From: Squalus acanthias
Taxonomy: Eukaryota
NCBI GenBank assembly: GCA_030390025.1
Contig: CM059446.1
Location: forward strand, 11,904,001-11,968,000
DNA: 64,000 nt
Reading direction: 5' to 3'
The position numbers and the translations under genes were made by a program. The notes beneath the pieces were generated by a model. That model had not been told where the DNA came from and made no database searches. It saw only the letters and a program-made list of their open reading frames with translations. Positions 25,389-37,694 of this stretch are shown piece by piece (the stretch's first letter is position 1; every line of letters begins with the position of its first letter).

Positions 25389-28300
25389 TTTTAAATAAAA
25401 CTGTTGGACTATAACCTGGTGTTGTGCGACTTCTCATTTTTGTCCACCCCAGTCCAACACCGGCATCTCCGCGTCATGACCCTTTTTTAGGGGTGGGCCT
25501 GATGTAAAATATGGACAGGACCGTTTAACCTGTAAGGTTCTCTTCCTAAACCAAGGTGCCCAATGGCACGTTGAGTTCTTTGTCTCAACTTCGAGATGAA
25601 GATCCTCCCTCCAGGAGGGGTCTTCACAATCATTACACATGCTTTATTGTTTATACGTTTTGAAGGCCTACCCATCGGAATTTCTCTTATCTCCCTTGTC
25701 CCTATCCTCCCTAGTTTGGAGCCATTCTCGGCTATCGGATGTTATCAGTTATTTATGTTCATGCTGTTCATGCAGCTTTAGCTATGCAAAACTAACTTTT
25801 ATTATCAGACTATTGTACCATGGAATGAATCATTAAATTCCCAAAGATATCTTCTATTCTATTCTCATACACTGGTTAACTTACGCATTTTGAAGCAGTT
25901 TTGTAAAACAAAGTCAAAATCCTAACTTAGCATTATAATATGGTTATTAGCAGTAATGGAAGAAACATAGGTGTTGGGCCTTCAAAAACAACCTTCCTAG
26001 CACACAAACAGCAGACAGCTAGCTTGGAAACAAGGTCATATAACATTTTACACCGTGACAAGTCATATAACATCCGCAGGGAACCAAAACATAAGCAAAT
26101 TCTAAGCATCTATCCAGTTATTCTAACACCAATCTGAAGAGACTTTTTGTCTCAAGTTCTAATACATTCATGTAAACACAGTCTTATTCGCATCACAATT
26201 TCATTCGCATAACCCCATATATTTTGGACACCACTGATTTCTAACAATGTTTCTGTGATTATAAAACAGTTTGCCCTACATTACAACAGTGACTGCTCTT
26301 CAAAAAAATACTTTGTTTGCTGTAAAGCGCTTTGGGATGTCTGGTGGTCGGGAAAGGCTCGATATAAATGTAAGTCTTTCTTTCTCCAACTTGCAGTACG
26401 CAATGCCACAGGAGATCCACTGCTGCTGTTCCAGAAAACCCTCAAATGTTTGAAATATTTTTGCACTATTAAATCTATCAGTATTTCTTTTTGCAATGCA
26501 TGTTTTTGAATGTGCTCCCAGGTGCAGTGCAGTGTTCTGTCCACATTGTTATGCTCTGCAATCTTAAATAACTTGAACCATAGGCTCACAGAAATTAGAG
26601 CACAGAAGAAAGCCATCCAGTGAAGTTGTCTTCTGCTGGGACTAGCCCTTCAACTGGAGCTATCTACTCCAATCTCATTGCTAATAATAAAAAAAGTTAC
26701 TATAGTTGTGAACATAACGGTATCCATAGTAGGAACAGTAACTGCAACAATGCTTAGCAACAAATCCAGATGTGCATGCAGTGAAGCACAATGATGGAAA
26801 CATCCTGTTCGTCGACCTATTTGTTTTCCCTGTTGACTTGCATGTTAACTTGTGAAACCCTGAGTACATCCACATTTTTTGGGTGAGGAAGTAGGAAGTT
26901 TGTTAATACATTGCATGATCTAACCACTGTGCCTAAGTAACAACAGTGACTGACTGTACTTCAAAATCAATTAGTTGGATGTGAAGTGCTTTGAGATAGC
27001 CTGATGGATGTGATGAGGTGCTGTCTAAATGCAAGTTCTTTCTTACACGACTAAGAGTGAAAATAATTCCAAATATATTCTAGAAAATGACCAGTCTGAT
27101 GAATTGTAAGTATAAGGTTACATAGATTACTTTTACAAAGCTAATAAGAAATTGCTATTGAAAAAAATAAAGATTGGTAGATTTAAAAAGTTAATTTGTG
27201 AGAGAATTATATAACTATAAAAAAAAAAGTCAAAGTGTGCATATTGTAAGATTTTAAAACTGATCACAGGGTTAATAATTTTTGAGACACTTCCAAAAAG
27301 CTCTTTGGAGCAAAAAAGTGGAAATAGCAGAAGTTGACAGTAATAATGTGCTATGCCTTATTTAAAATCAGTTCAAGCATGCAGACTTGCATTTCTAGGC
27401 ACATAAGTAGCAACAATATCTAGCCTATGGTATGAGAGATTTAGAAATGGTTAGGAGCATTGTATTTATTTAGTGTTGAACCTTAGAATGTCAAACTTTT
27501 TGTGTTGTTCAGGAGGTGAGATGATGATTGGTTGTCTTTGACGGTAGCCTCTATTACAGTACATTTAACAATACAACCATGTTGTATCACAGCACACTTC
27601 GCCCCTTTTAAAAAATACTCGTTGCTTGCAATATTGCTTAAATTCCTGATGAAATAACATTACTAGTAAGGTCAAGTTGTAAAGGAAAAGTACTTGCTGA
27701 TCTGTGTTGAGGTATATATTGTGTATGCATAGTTTGTAATTATGAAGAGAAGTCTTATTTGTGGTATTCCAGAAGAGGCAAAAAGAAGTTCTGTTATGAA
27801 TGAGGAGCAAATTAATAAGTATGAGTATTCCATTCATAAGACATTTCCGCTCATATTTACCTAAAAAAAAAGGTAATTAAACATGTCGTGTTCAGAATGA
27901 TTTTCAATTTGATTTAATATTATAAAGTGATTATAAAAGACGCATTACAGTAAACAACATAAATTATGGCAGTAATGAGCATCATCTGGTGATTCTTAAG
28001 AGTAAATTATCCAATTCAATTAATCTAACATAGTTAGAGGACAGCAGAGTAATGTCTTAATATAATTCTTGTTGAAGGCACACCAAAGTGTTCAAAAACA
28101 GTTTCCTTAGCTTCCTGCCTTTCATTGGCAGCCTGCTCCCTGTGAGTTCATGGATAGATGGGCTCCAGTCACTGAACCAACCTTTCGGTAAGGGTGCATT
28201 TATTCTGCAAATACCAGTCCGAGACTGGCAATATCAGTTTCAGCCAGGCAATATTAATTTCTACTGCCTAGCCTAGCTTCAGCTGCAATGCTCTGGCCCA

Positions 28301-28976
28301 AGAAAGCACTCCTGCATGCATATTTACACATGGGCATAAGAGCTTCCCTCCTAGTGGTTAGAATTTTAACTGGGAGCATGGCACTTGCTAAAAATTAAAG
28401 TCATTTATTGATGAGTTGCAGTCTGAACACATGCCAAGACCGTTACGAAGAAAATGAGTGCTATTTATAGTGTGCTATGAGACATTGAAAACTGAACAAA
28501 AATGCTTTAACAATATATTGGTTTTGTTCTTGCGTTTAAATATTGGAAGTGTTATAAGTTCATCCCTAAAAGATGCTGAGTAGCATGATTGGTATATGTT
28601 AGTATTAATCCTGCAGCATCTTATTTTTGTTGGCTTCAGTTTGTATTTAGAAATAAAACTTGGGGTTCAAGGCCTTGAAAATGGTGATCAAGCTGCACAC
28701 CCTTAAAATTAGTATTGTTTTTTAATCTTAAACAAAATTAGCTCCATTACATTAATTGATGAACAGTTCCAGTTTTCATAATCCATATTCCACATTGAGC
28801 AAATAGGTGATCTCAGTTTTAAATACTGATAGCAGCTTTTGATCTTGTAATGATCAAAAATTAATTTTAAAATAGAGCAAACCAATAAACCATAAGATAA
28901 CAGAATTTGTACAAAAGAATTTCTTGACAACACTGAAAATGTTTTAATTCACAGGAACTACATTGAGAAACTGTTA

Positions 28977-29151
28977 TAAAAACAGAAAATGCTGGAGATA
29001 CTCAGCAGGTCAGGCAGCATCTGTGAAGAGAGAAACAGAGTTAACGTTTCAGGTTGAAACACCAGATGCTGCCTGACCTACTGAGTATCTCCAGCATTTT
29101 CTGTTTTTATTTCAGATTTCCAGCATCTGCAGTATTTTCTTTTTGTATTAG
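28977..29151 (+). mobile_element. Family B Penelope-like mini-element with central deletion
   Basis: Same arms and tail as 17394-17635, but the centre including both CUGACGA boxes is missing. 14-bp TSD ttgagaaactgtta at 28963-28976 and 29152-29165. Confidence 0.8.
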
Positions 29152-29199
29152 TTGAGAAACTGTTAGTCATTTTCAGGAGTCTTGTGTCATTTGTGTACC

Positions 29200-29800
29200 T
29201 TAAAAAGAGAGAATTCCAGATCATGGGGCCTGAAAGACTGAGGGCACGATCGCTAATGATGGGACAGAAGGGAAGGGGATGCACAAGAGGCCGGAGTCAG
29301 AGAAATGGAGAGTGTATTGGGGGTGGGAGTGGGTGTATTGGGGGTGGGGGTGGGGGTGGGGGGGTGGGGGGGGCGGTGAAGGAGAGACTTAATTGAGCTG
29401 GAGGAAGTTAGAGAGATAGGGAGAGGAAAGGCCATGGAAAGAAATAAACACAAGGTGCGGAGCTATTGGGAGACCTGGAGCCAATGTAGGTCCGTGAAAA
29501 TGAAGGTGATGGGCAACTGGGGCGATTATGGGCAGCAGAGGTTTGAATGAGCTGACAAAGGTACGTTTGAAGGTTTCAGATGAGATGAGCTAAGGTATGG
29601 GTAGAGGCAGGTGATCTTACAGAGGTAGACGTAGGGGATCGTTTTGATGGAGAGTATGTGGGGACAGAAACTCAATTTGGGGCCAAACAGGACACCGAGG
29701 TTCACGATGGCCAGGCAGTGAGATGGAGCCGGTGACAAAGGTGTGGAGTTTGTAGCGGGAGCTAAAAGCGACAGCTTCAATCTTCCTGATATTTAGCAGT
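29200..29800 (-). mobile_element. Degenerate L2-type LINE fragment
   Basis: NLGVLFGPKLSFCPHI, LNIRKIEAVAF, RALSLSGPMIWNSL on the minus strand. Confidence 0.75.
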
Positions 29801-30483
29801 AGCAATTGAATTGGAATTGGATCAGCAGTAGTACAAGTGCACTTCATGGTCTCTGTAAAAGCTGACCTGGTGACTCTTGACGTTGAACAGTATAATCCAT
29901 TTGTTCACTGCCTTTGATTTTTTTGTTATATAGAAGCTGTAGGAGCTTTAAGATGAGTCACATCTTTCAACCAATAGATTTTTTTTCTTTATGAAAGTAT
30001 CTCTTATGTGCCATATTTTGGCCTTTAAATTATGACTTGTAGACCCCACCCCTGAAATATTTGTGTATTAGGAGCGCTACATTGTTTTCAGGCAGGGATT
30101 CTGAATGTAAGATTTGTTTAATGAATCTGCATGTCAGGACTTGGTTGAGAATTAATGTTAGTTGATAAGCTGTGAAAATGTATATCTTAATACAATCTCC
30201 ATATGCCTCAGCAAAAAATATTATATAGGAGCTACAGTTAGGATCTTATGAGAATGTTAAATTGAGGTTAACCTTAGGTAATGAATCAGCACCTCCTGGT
30301 ACTCATGATTTTGGCAGATTAGTTTTATTTATACAAATGTTTAATTTCATTATGATCTCTCAATTTTACTTGTATATGACAGCATAGTGTAATAGTGTCC
30401 TGATATATATGTATGCAATGATTCTTTTAAGTTTACATTCTATATGGTAGCTTGCCCATCAATCTATATGTATTAAAAATCTT

Positions 30484-31200
30484 GGGCTGGATTTTCAATG
30501 ACCCGTGGAGTCGGGTTTGGAGGCGTGTGGGGGGTTAAAGTTGCAGATTCGGGGGTCCCGACTCCATTCCGCCTCCACGCAATTTTGACAAAATCGGTCG
30601 CGGGGTTCCCGACTCCGTCCCGCCTCCAAGAGGCGGGAGAGGCCATTAAAGCCCTTAACAAGCCCTAAATTGGCTCTGTAATGCCATTTTGAAATGTTTT
30701 AGCTAGTTTAACCCTTTTCCGACGTGAAGTACGCCTGATGTGAAACACGCCAGTGAAACCTGGCGGGAGCACAAGTGGATAGCTGACTATCAGCTGCAGG
30801 TCCACTATTACAACGGAGATGTGATGAAGGTAGTAGTAGTATTGTGATGAAGGTAGTAGCAGTATTAGGTCTGAAAGTCGCCTCTGATGCTGCTGCATTG
30901 AATGTCTTCCCTGGGAGGACTTGGTCTCTCTCTCTCTCTGATGCTGCTCATTTTGCATCCAGGTCCACTCACAGCAAAGGCCAGGCAGTCTCTGAGACCA
31001 GGCAGTCAGTCTCTGACCTGCAATGATGACATCATCAGAGGCGACTTTCAGACTGAAACCACTAATTGGTTCATGGGTTCCCACATGCTGGAACTCAATT
31101 GCCCAATTAAGTGAAAATTGCATCATTCATCCACATTAATCTGGAGTCGGGGGGGCAACACGAAATGCGGGTAACACGACCCCAAGACAAAATCCAGCCC
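30484..31200. mobile_element. MITE, PIF/Harbinger-like
   Basis: Perfect 12-bp TIR GGGCTGGATTTT / AAAATCCAGCCC; 3-bp TSD ctt at 30481-30483 and 31201-31203. Confidence 0.85.
30821..30867. repeat. 24-bp tandem duplication inside a MITE
   Basis: gtgatgaaggtagtagtagtatt followed after one base by gtgatgaaggtagtagcagtatt. Confidence 0.85.
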
Positions 31201-31839
31201 CTTGTGTCTGGTCAGTTCCGGTCAAGTTGTCCTATTAGAAATTCCTATGTCCGCATTTATAATCAAAGCTGTGTATGTAAACTTATCCTGTTGTAATTGC
31301 ACCCTCTTGACGGTGGTGGTGCTGCAGCTTAAGTGGAGCAAATAATGATGCTGATTGGCCGCCAATATCTGGAGTAGAGAAATCTACCTTGAAACGTTTG
31401 AGACTTCAAATGTGAGTTTAATGTAGAAAGTGAACCTGAGGTGTCAGGGTGTGTTTATGTAACTATTTTGTCAGCTGAACAGGTAACTGTCAACAGATGG
31501 TGATCAATTCAGTGTAATATATTTCTTGGCTTCTGTCGCAGCAACAAGCAATATTTGGCTTCTGAGACTTGTCACAAGACTGCCTGCACAGGATTCATGA
31601 AGGAAGGGTTTCATTTTGGCTCATCTTGTACATAAACCTGGTCAGATATCTAACTGAATTAAGTTGGCATTTAAAAAAAAAGTTACTGAATGTTCAGCTC
31701 GTATAGAGAAAGAGCCAAAAGATTAAGAAAAAAACAACTTGTAAGCATACTCAACAGAGATAATAGTAAAAGCAGCCTCCAACAACTTTCTGTTTTTCTT
31801 AAAATCTTGCCAAAAAACTAATGCATATATTAGGTTAAT

Positions 31840-33630
31840 TAGGTTACAGCGCAGATTCACTCGGATGCAGCCTGGTATGAAGAAATTAAAATACGAAGAA
31901 AGACTTGAAAAATTAGAACAGAGGCGATTAAAGTGTGATTTGACAGAGTTGTTTAAAATGAAGATGAGATGGAACAGAATAGATAGAAACAGACTGTTGC
32001 TAGTGATTGAGGGGTCTACAATGAAGGGATATGGATAGAAGATTAAATGTAAGCGATTTAGACCAGAGAGCAAGGTGATGGAAGGTGTCGTCGACAGTGC
32101 TATCAAGCAACACTGACTCACCAATAACCTGCTCACCGATGCTCAGTTTGGGTTCCGCCAGGACCACCCGGCTCCAGACCTCATTACAGCCTTGTTCCAA
32201 ACATGGGCAAAAGAGCTGAATTCCAGAGGTGAGGTGAGAGTGACTGCCCTTGACATCAAGGCAGCATCTGACCGAGTGTGGCATCAAGGAGCTTTAGTAA
32301 AATTGAAGTCAATGGGAATCGAGGGGAAATCTCTCCACTGACTGGAGTCATACCTAGCACAAAGGCAGATGGTTGTGGTTGTTGGAGGTCAATCATCTCA
32401 GCTCCAGTACATTGCTGCGGGAGTTCTCAGGGCAGTGTCCAGGGCCCAACCATCTCCAGCTGCTTCATCAATGACCTTCCCTCCATCATAAGGTCAGAAG
32501 TGGGGATGTTCGCTGATGATTGCACAGTGTTCAGTTCCATTCACAACACCCCAGATAATGAAGCAGTTCGCGCCCGCATGCAGCAAGACATTCAGGCTTG
32601 GGCTGATAAGTGGCAAGTAACATTCGCGCCACACAAGTGCCAGACAATGACTATCTCCAACAAGCGAGAGTCTAACCACCGCCCCTTGACATTCAATGGC
32701 ATTACCATCGCCGAATCACCCACCATCAACATTCTGGGGGTCACCATCGACCAGAAACTTAACTGGACCAGCCACATAAATACTGTGGCTACAAGAGCAG
32801 GTCAGAGGCTGGATATTCTGCGGCGAGTGTCTCACCTCCTGACTCCCCAAAGCATTTCCACCACCTACAAGGCACAAGTCAGGAGTGTGATGGAATACTC
32901 TCCACTTGCCTGGATGAGTGCAGCACCAACAACATTCAAGAAGCTCGTCACCATCTAGGACAAAGCAGCAAGCTTGATCGGCACCCCATCCACTACCTTA
33001 AACATTCACTCCCTCCACCACCGGCGTACCGTGGCTGCAGTGTGTACCATCTACAAGATGCACTGCAGCAATTTGCAAAGGCTTCTTTGACAGCACCTCC
33101 CAAACCTGCGACCTCTACCACCTAGAAGGACAAGGGCAGCAGATGCATGGGAACACCATCACCTGCACGTTACACACCACCCTGACTTGGAAATGTATCG
33201 TTGCTGGGTCAAAATCCTGGAACTACCTCCCTAACAGCACTGTTGGGAGTACCTTCACCTTCATGGACTGCAGCGGTTCAAGAAGGCGGCTCACCACCAC
33301 CTTCTCGAGGGCAATTAGGGATGGGCAATAAATGCATGCCTTGCCAGCGATGCCCACATCCCAGGAACGAATAAAAAAAAAAAGGACCTTTTTACACACA
33401 GGGTTGTGGGACTGTGGAATGCACTACTGGAGTTAGTAATTGAAACAGGCCGTGTCAACATTTAGGAATAGGTAAGATATGTGGTTGAACGATAGGAGGA
33501 TAATAGGATATGTGAACGGCGCGGGCACATGAGATTCGGATGTTTGCTTGTGTGCAAGTTAAACACCAACACAGACTGGTTGGGTCGAATGGCCTGTTTC
33601 TGTGTTGTAATTTCTATGTAATTCTATGCT
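31840..33630 (+). mobile_element. Old CR1 3' fragment (31840-32070 and 33384-33630) split by a second LINE
   Basis: acagcgcagattcactcggatg...tttagaccagagag resumes as tttttacacacagggttgtgggactgtggaatgcactac and ends in ggtcgaatggcctgtttctgtgttgtaatttctatgtaattctatg. Confidence 0.8.
32071..33383 (+). mobile_element. Nested non-LTR retrotransposon (CR1/Jockey-group RT), 5'-truncated, A-tailed
   Basis: QFGFR, LDIKAA.DRVWH, QGSV.GP..F..FINDLP, MFADDCT, YKAQVRSVMEYSPLAW with frameshifts; ends gaataaaaaaaaaa. Confidence 0.9.
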
Positions 33631-34784
33631 GTCTAATTATTTTAGGCCCAACTGGATCCGGAAATTGAAACACTGTGACAGACTCATCCATCGCATTTTA
33701 CATACTGCCAAGTCCCGATGCCCAGGAGGATCTCATTTATATTAATAAAAGACTGGGATATTTTAACTAACTTTCCCTAATTTATTGGCAGTTTGTTTTC
33801 ATGGATTTGTTGAGAAAGTGCAGAGCCTAGCTGCAAGTGTTAAATTGGTTTTTATTTTATTTAGTTATTTATAGACTTTAGGGATTGTCACAGAAGTTCT
33901 TTCTCCCATCACAGAACTACAGATTTTTTTTGGGGTGGGGGGTGGTGGGGTGGGTGAGGATGCGAAAATCTGACCTCTTCACTAAGCTACCTGAAATAAT
34001 TTTATTTGTGGGGAAAAAAAGCATCCAATTTAACAAAATTATCAGAACACAACAGATGCCTGACAGATTTCTGCAACACATTTCAATGCAGCATTTAAAG
34101 GACTTTACTCAGGGATATATTTTCAGTCCAAGATTTTACAAATACTCTATTTTGAAATGTGCTGGTCCATCTTGCCGTGATTCAGTGCTTCAGTGCAGGT
34201 GATGAGATCTAGATGATACTTTAATGTGAACTGATATTGCAATACTTTAGGGAAACAGCGAAAGAGATTGCAAGATCAAGAAATGAAAATGTGCACAGAA
34301 GACTTAACTACTGAAACCATGATGCCATCAATAAGTCTCAGCAGTTGATGCTGTTTATCAAAATATGAGTCACTGGACTTTTATAAAACTAATGTACAAG
34401 TACTAGTAATTTGCCCACGATGCTGACCAATCAGTTAATGAATATAATTTTTTTTAACATACAAGATGGTGACAGGGTGGGGCAGGGAGGACAAGAGACT
34501 TCAGAAACCCACTCCACAACATCATCTACTGGTTAGAGCCGGCAACTTCTTCATAATCTGGCAGTGGTTTACATAAGCAGTTTCAGTATTAAATGTTTAC
34601 ATAAAAGCATGACTGAAAATCGTGACAACGGAAATTTGGACAGACAGTGCACGCATACACAACATTTAAAAAATAATATATAGATATGCATAAAGCCTAA
34701 ATTATTTAGTATATCGTGCAATTTCATATTCATAATAAAATAATGAGAAGTCAAGATCTATATTGAGCACTATACCTTTTGAAG

Positions 34785-35482
34785 TACAGGTAAAAGACTG
34801 AGGGGTGACCTGATAGAGGTCGTTAAAATTATGAAAGGGTTTGATAGGGTAGTCGTAGAGAAGATGTTTCCAATTGCGGGGGAGACCAGAACTAGGAGCC
34901 GTAAATATAAGGTAGTCACTAATAAATCCAATAGGGAATTCAGGAGAAACTTCTTTACCCAGAGAGTGATTAGAATGTGGAACTCACTACCACAAGGAGT
35001 AGTTGGGGCGAATCGCACAGATGTATTTAAGGGGAAGCCAGATAAGCACAAGCGGGAGAAAGGAATAGAAAGATATGTTGATGGGGTTAGACGAGGAAGG
35101 GTGGGAGGAGGCTCGTGTGGAGCAGAAACATAGAAAAATAGGAGCAGGAGTAGGCCATTCGGTCCTTCGAGCCTGCTTCGCCATCCAACATGATCATGGC
35201 TGAACCTGTATCTCAATACCATATTCCCGCTCTCTCCCCATACCCCTTGATGCCTTTTGTGTCTAGAAATCTATCTATCTCCTTCTTAAATATATTCAGT
35301 GACTTGGCCTCCGCAGCCTTCTGTGGTAGAGAATTCCACAGGTTCACCACCCTCTGAGTGAAGAAATTTCTCCTCATCTCAGTCCTAAATGTCCTACCTC
35401 AAGTCCTAAATGTCCTCCTCCGGCATAGACCAGTTGGGCCGAGTGGCCTGTTTCTGTGCTGTAAATACTATGTAATATGTGT
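34785..35482 (+). mobile_element. CR1 3' fragment interrupted by an antisense CR1 tail
   Basis: RLRGDLIEVVKIMKGFDRV..RRNFFTQRVIRMWNSLP; the 3' UTR resumes at ~35420 (ccggcatagaccagttgggccgagtggcctgtttctgtgctgtaa). Confidence 0.88.
35125..35400 (-). mobile_element. Young CR1 3' end nested in an older CR1
   Basis: Reverse complement is nearly identical to ~23113-23395. Confidence 0.9.
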
Positions 35483-37079
35483 GTAACACAGGAATAACTT
35501 TAAAAGCAATGTAAACCTTGACTTGGTTTGTTAAAGCCTCAAAAAAAAATTGGATTAATTTGGCTAGTTTTATAAGGAAAGATGTTAATAATGAATTTTT
35601 GTCTCCATTAAATACACTGTACAAAACCAGTAGAAAGATTAGTCCCTAAGTGTCTAGGCTCCGAGTCATGAACTGCAGCCTAAAATCTCACATGGGCTAT
35701 GGATTGTAACCTAAATTAGTCATGCATTTGATGTCCAATATCCTCCACAATCTAAAAAGTCATGGATAATTATGCACGAGCCATCTTCATAATATAAACA
35801 AACTAATCCTACTGACTTAAGGGAGTAATTTCTGCTGCAAATGCTTATTATTCTCCAGTGAATCTTAATTGTCTGCAGCTGCTGTCTGATGACCTATCAC
35901 ACGAAGTCCAATGAGGTCATAATTTGTTACTTGTCACAGAAAGAATCGCAAGCCCAAAGCTGGTTACCATGTAAATAGGGAAGAAATAGCAAAGGAGAAC
36001 CTACTTCACAAGGGTATTTTCTATAATTACGATTAAAAGAAAGTAAAAAATATAATTTGAGACGGTGCGGTGTTTCTATGATGGAAGTACATTAGCACAC
36101 TATACATAACAGTGGAAAAATAGCCTGACCACCTTGATTGTACAGATCCATTCAGAACTCAAAATATCCATCTGACAGATAATTTAACATGGTTGTAATA
36201 AAAGGTACAGCACACAGAATTCTTAACTTTTAATACAGATAGAATGGCCTATAAACATTGTAGACTCTGTTTTCTAGGTTTTCTGTGTTTAAAAGGCAAA
36301 TTTGCAGAGTTTCAAAAATACTTCATGTTCTTGAATGCAGTGTTTATAGAAAGAAACTTGAATAATTGTAAAACTGATTGAGTGGGTTATAAAATAAACC
36401 TGCTAGTAAGAAATCTCCTCAGTATCTTGCAGTTTCTGTACACCTTTGATTTGCCGAACGTTAAGATACTGAAATACTATTAATTGCTTTTTTTTCCCAA
36501 AGATGTTTGTCAAGTGTTGATTTTTATCACCAAGCATTTGTAATTTTCATACCAGACCTGGTATATCGACTTTATTCTATTGCAGCTTGATATTGTGCTT
36601 TCTTTTACGATCCAGTTGTCTAACTGGATGTCCAAATCCAAACTATTCAATCAAATAAACACACAATCATGCTTCTCATTCTGACTGATCTGCTCTTCTA
36701 CAAGATGAATAAATTATGAAGACCCATGCGATATCACTTTAATTCCATGTGGGCTGACCTCCTAACTACTCCAACTTTGAGTTCTATTCTTTGCCCTGCA
36801 TGGGTTACAGCGAATCTCATAGATGTTCATAATCCATCTAAACATTAAAATGTAAATGAATTGGGTCAAAAGGTTGAAATGTCTATAATATAAAATATAA
36901 ATTCATCTGGTAAAGAGGTTTTAGGGGACCCCCCCTCCCCTCTCAGTGGCCAAGGCAGATGCCTCGATTATGAGTAAATTACTTGGTCAAGAAAGTGATA
37001 TTCCAAAAGTTGACATTCTGTACTCTAATTTCATGAATGATAAACCATCCATTGGCAATATCGATTTTTTAAAGACTAT

Positions 37080-37694
37080 GAGCTAAAAATTGAGTAACGC
37101 CCCCTTTGTGGCGCTAACTACTTTTAGCGCCCCAGAAAAATTAGCGCCCACGCGACGGAAATTGAGTGGTAGTGCCCCAAGAGGGAAGCGGGGCATTATT
37201 GGGAGCGCCCCGCCTCCCTGTTGGGGCGCTGCGAGGGAATATCGCGGCGCTACATGGCGATGCGGCACGTCGCGCCGCGGTAGTGCAGGCCTTCCCCTTC
37301 TTAAAGGGGAGGGGCCTTGCGCAGCGCGACCCCCGGGGATCGGGAGTGCCGGCAAAAGAGCCCGGCACTCGAGAAGTGCCGGGCTCATGGAGCGCAGCCG
37401 GCACTCCGCAGGGGGGCGGGTAAGAAGGCTGGGGACAGGAGCGGAGGCAGGTGCTGGCAGGCGGCCAGCAACAAAAATGGCTGCCCTGCACCTCGCCTTT
37501 AAATAGCGCCTCCCCGGCCGCAGGTAGGCCCCCCTCACCCTGTCGGACATAGCGTCCGGCGGTAAGTCAGGGGGCGCTCCCGAAGATCGCGAGCAGGGCG
37601 CTGCGCACGGCGATGATGTCATCGCCACGGGGCGCTGCCGGTTACTGCCGCCGCTGCTAACCTCCCGCTGAATTTCGCAACCAAATTTTTCCCC
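37080..37694. mobile_element. GC/CpG-rich MITE-like element
   Basis: Abrupt GC island with imperfect TIR GAGCTAAAAATTG / CAAATTTTTCCCC, flanks tat/cat, repeated agcgccc motifs and internal hairpin gagtgccgg..ccggcactc. Confidence 0.65.

Larger units (their letters stand above)
25030..25478 (+). mobile_element. Non-autonomous Penelope-like mini-element (family A) with a perfect 131-bp inverted repeat and two hammerhead motifs
   Basis: 25030-25160 is the exact reverse complement of 25304-25434. The right arm continues into a tail (catttttgtccaccccagtccaacaccggcatctcc). Direct repeat acccttttttag at 25020-25031 and 25479-25490 is the probable TSD. Confidence 0.8.
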
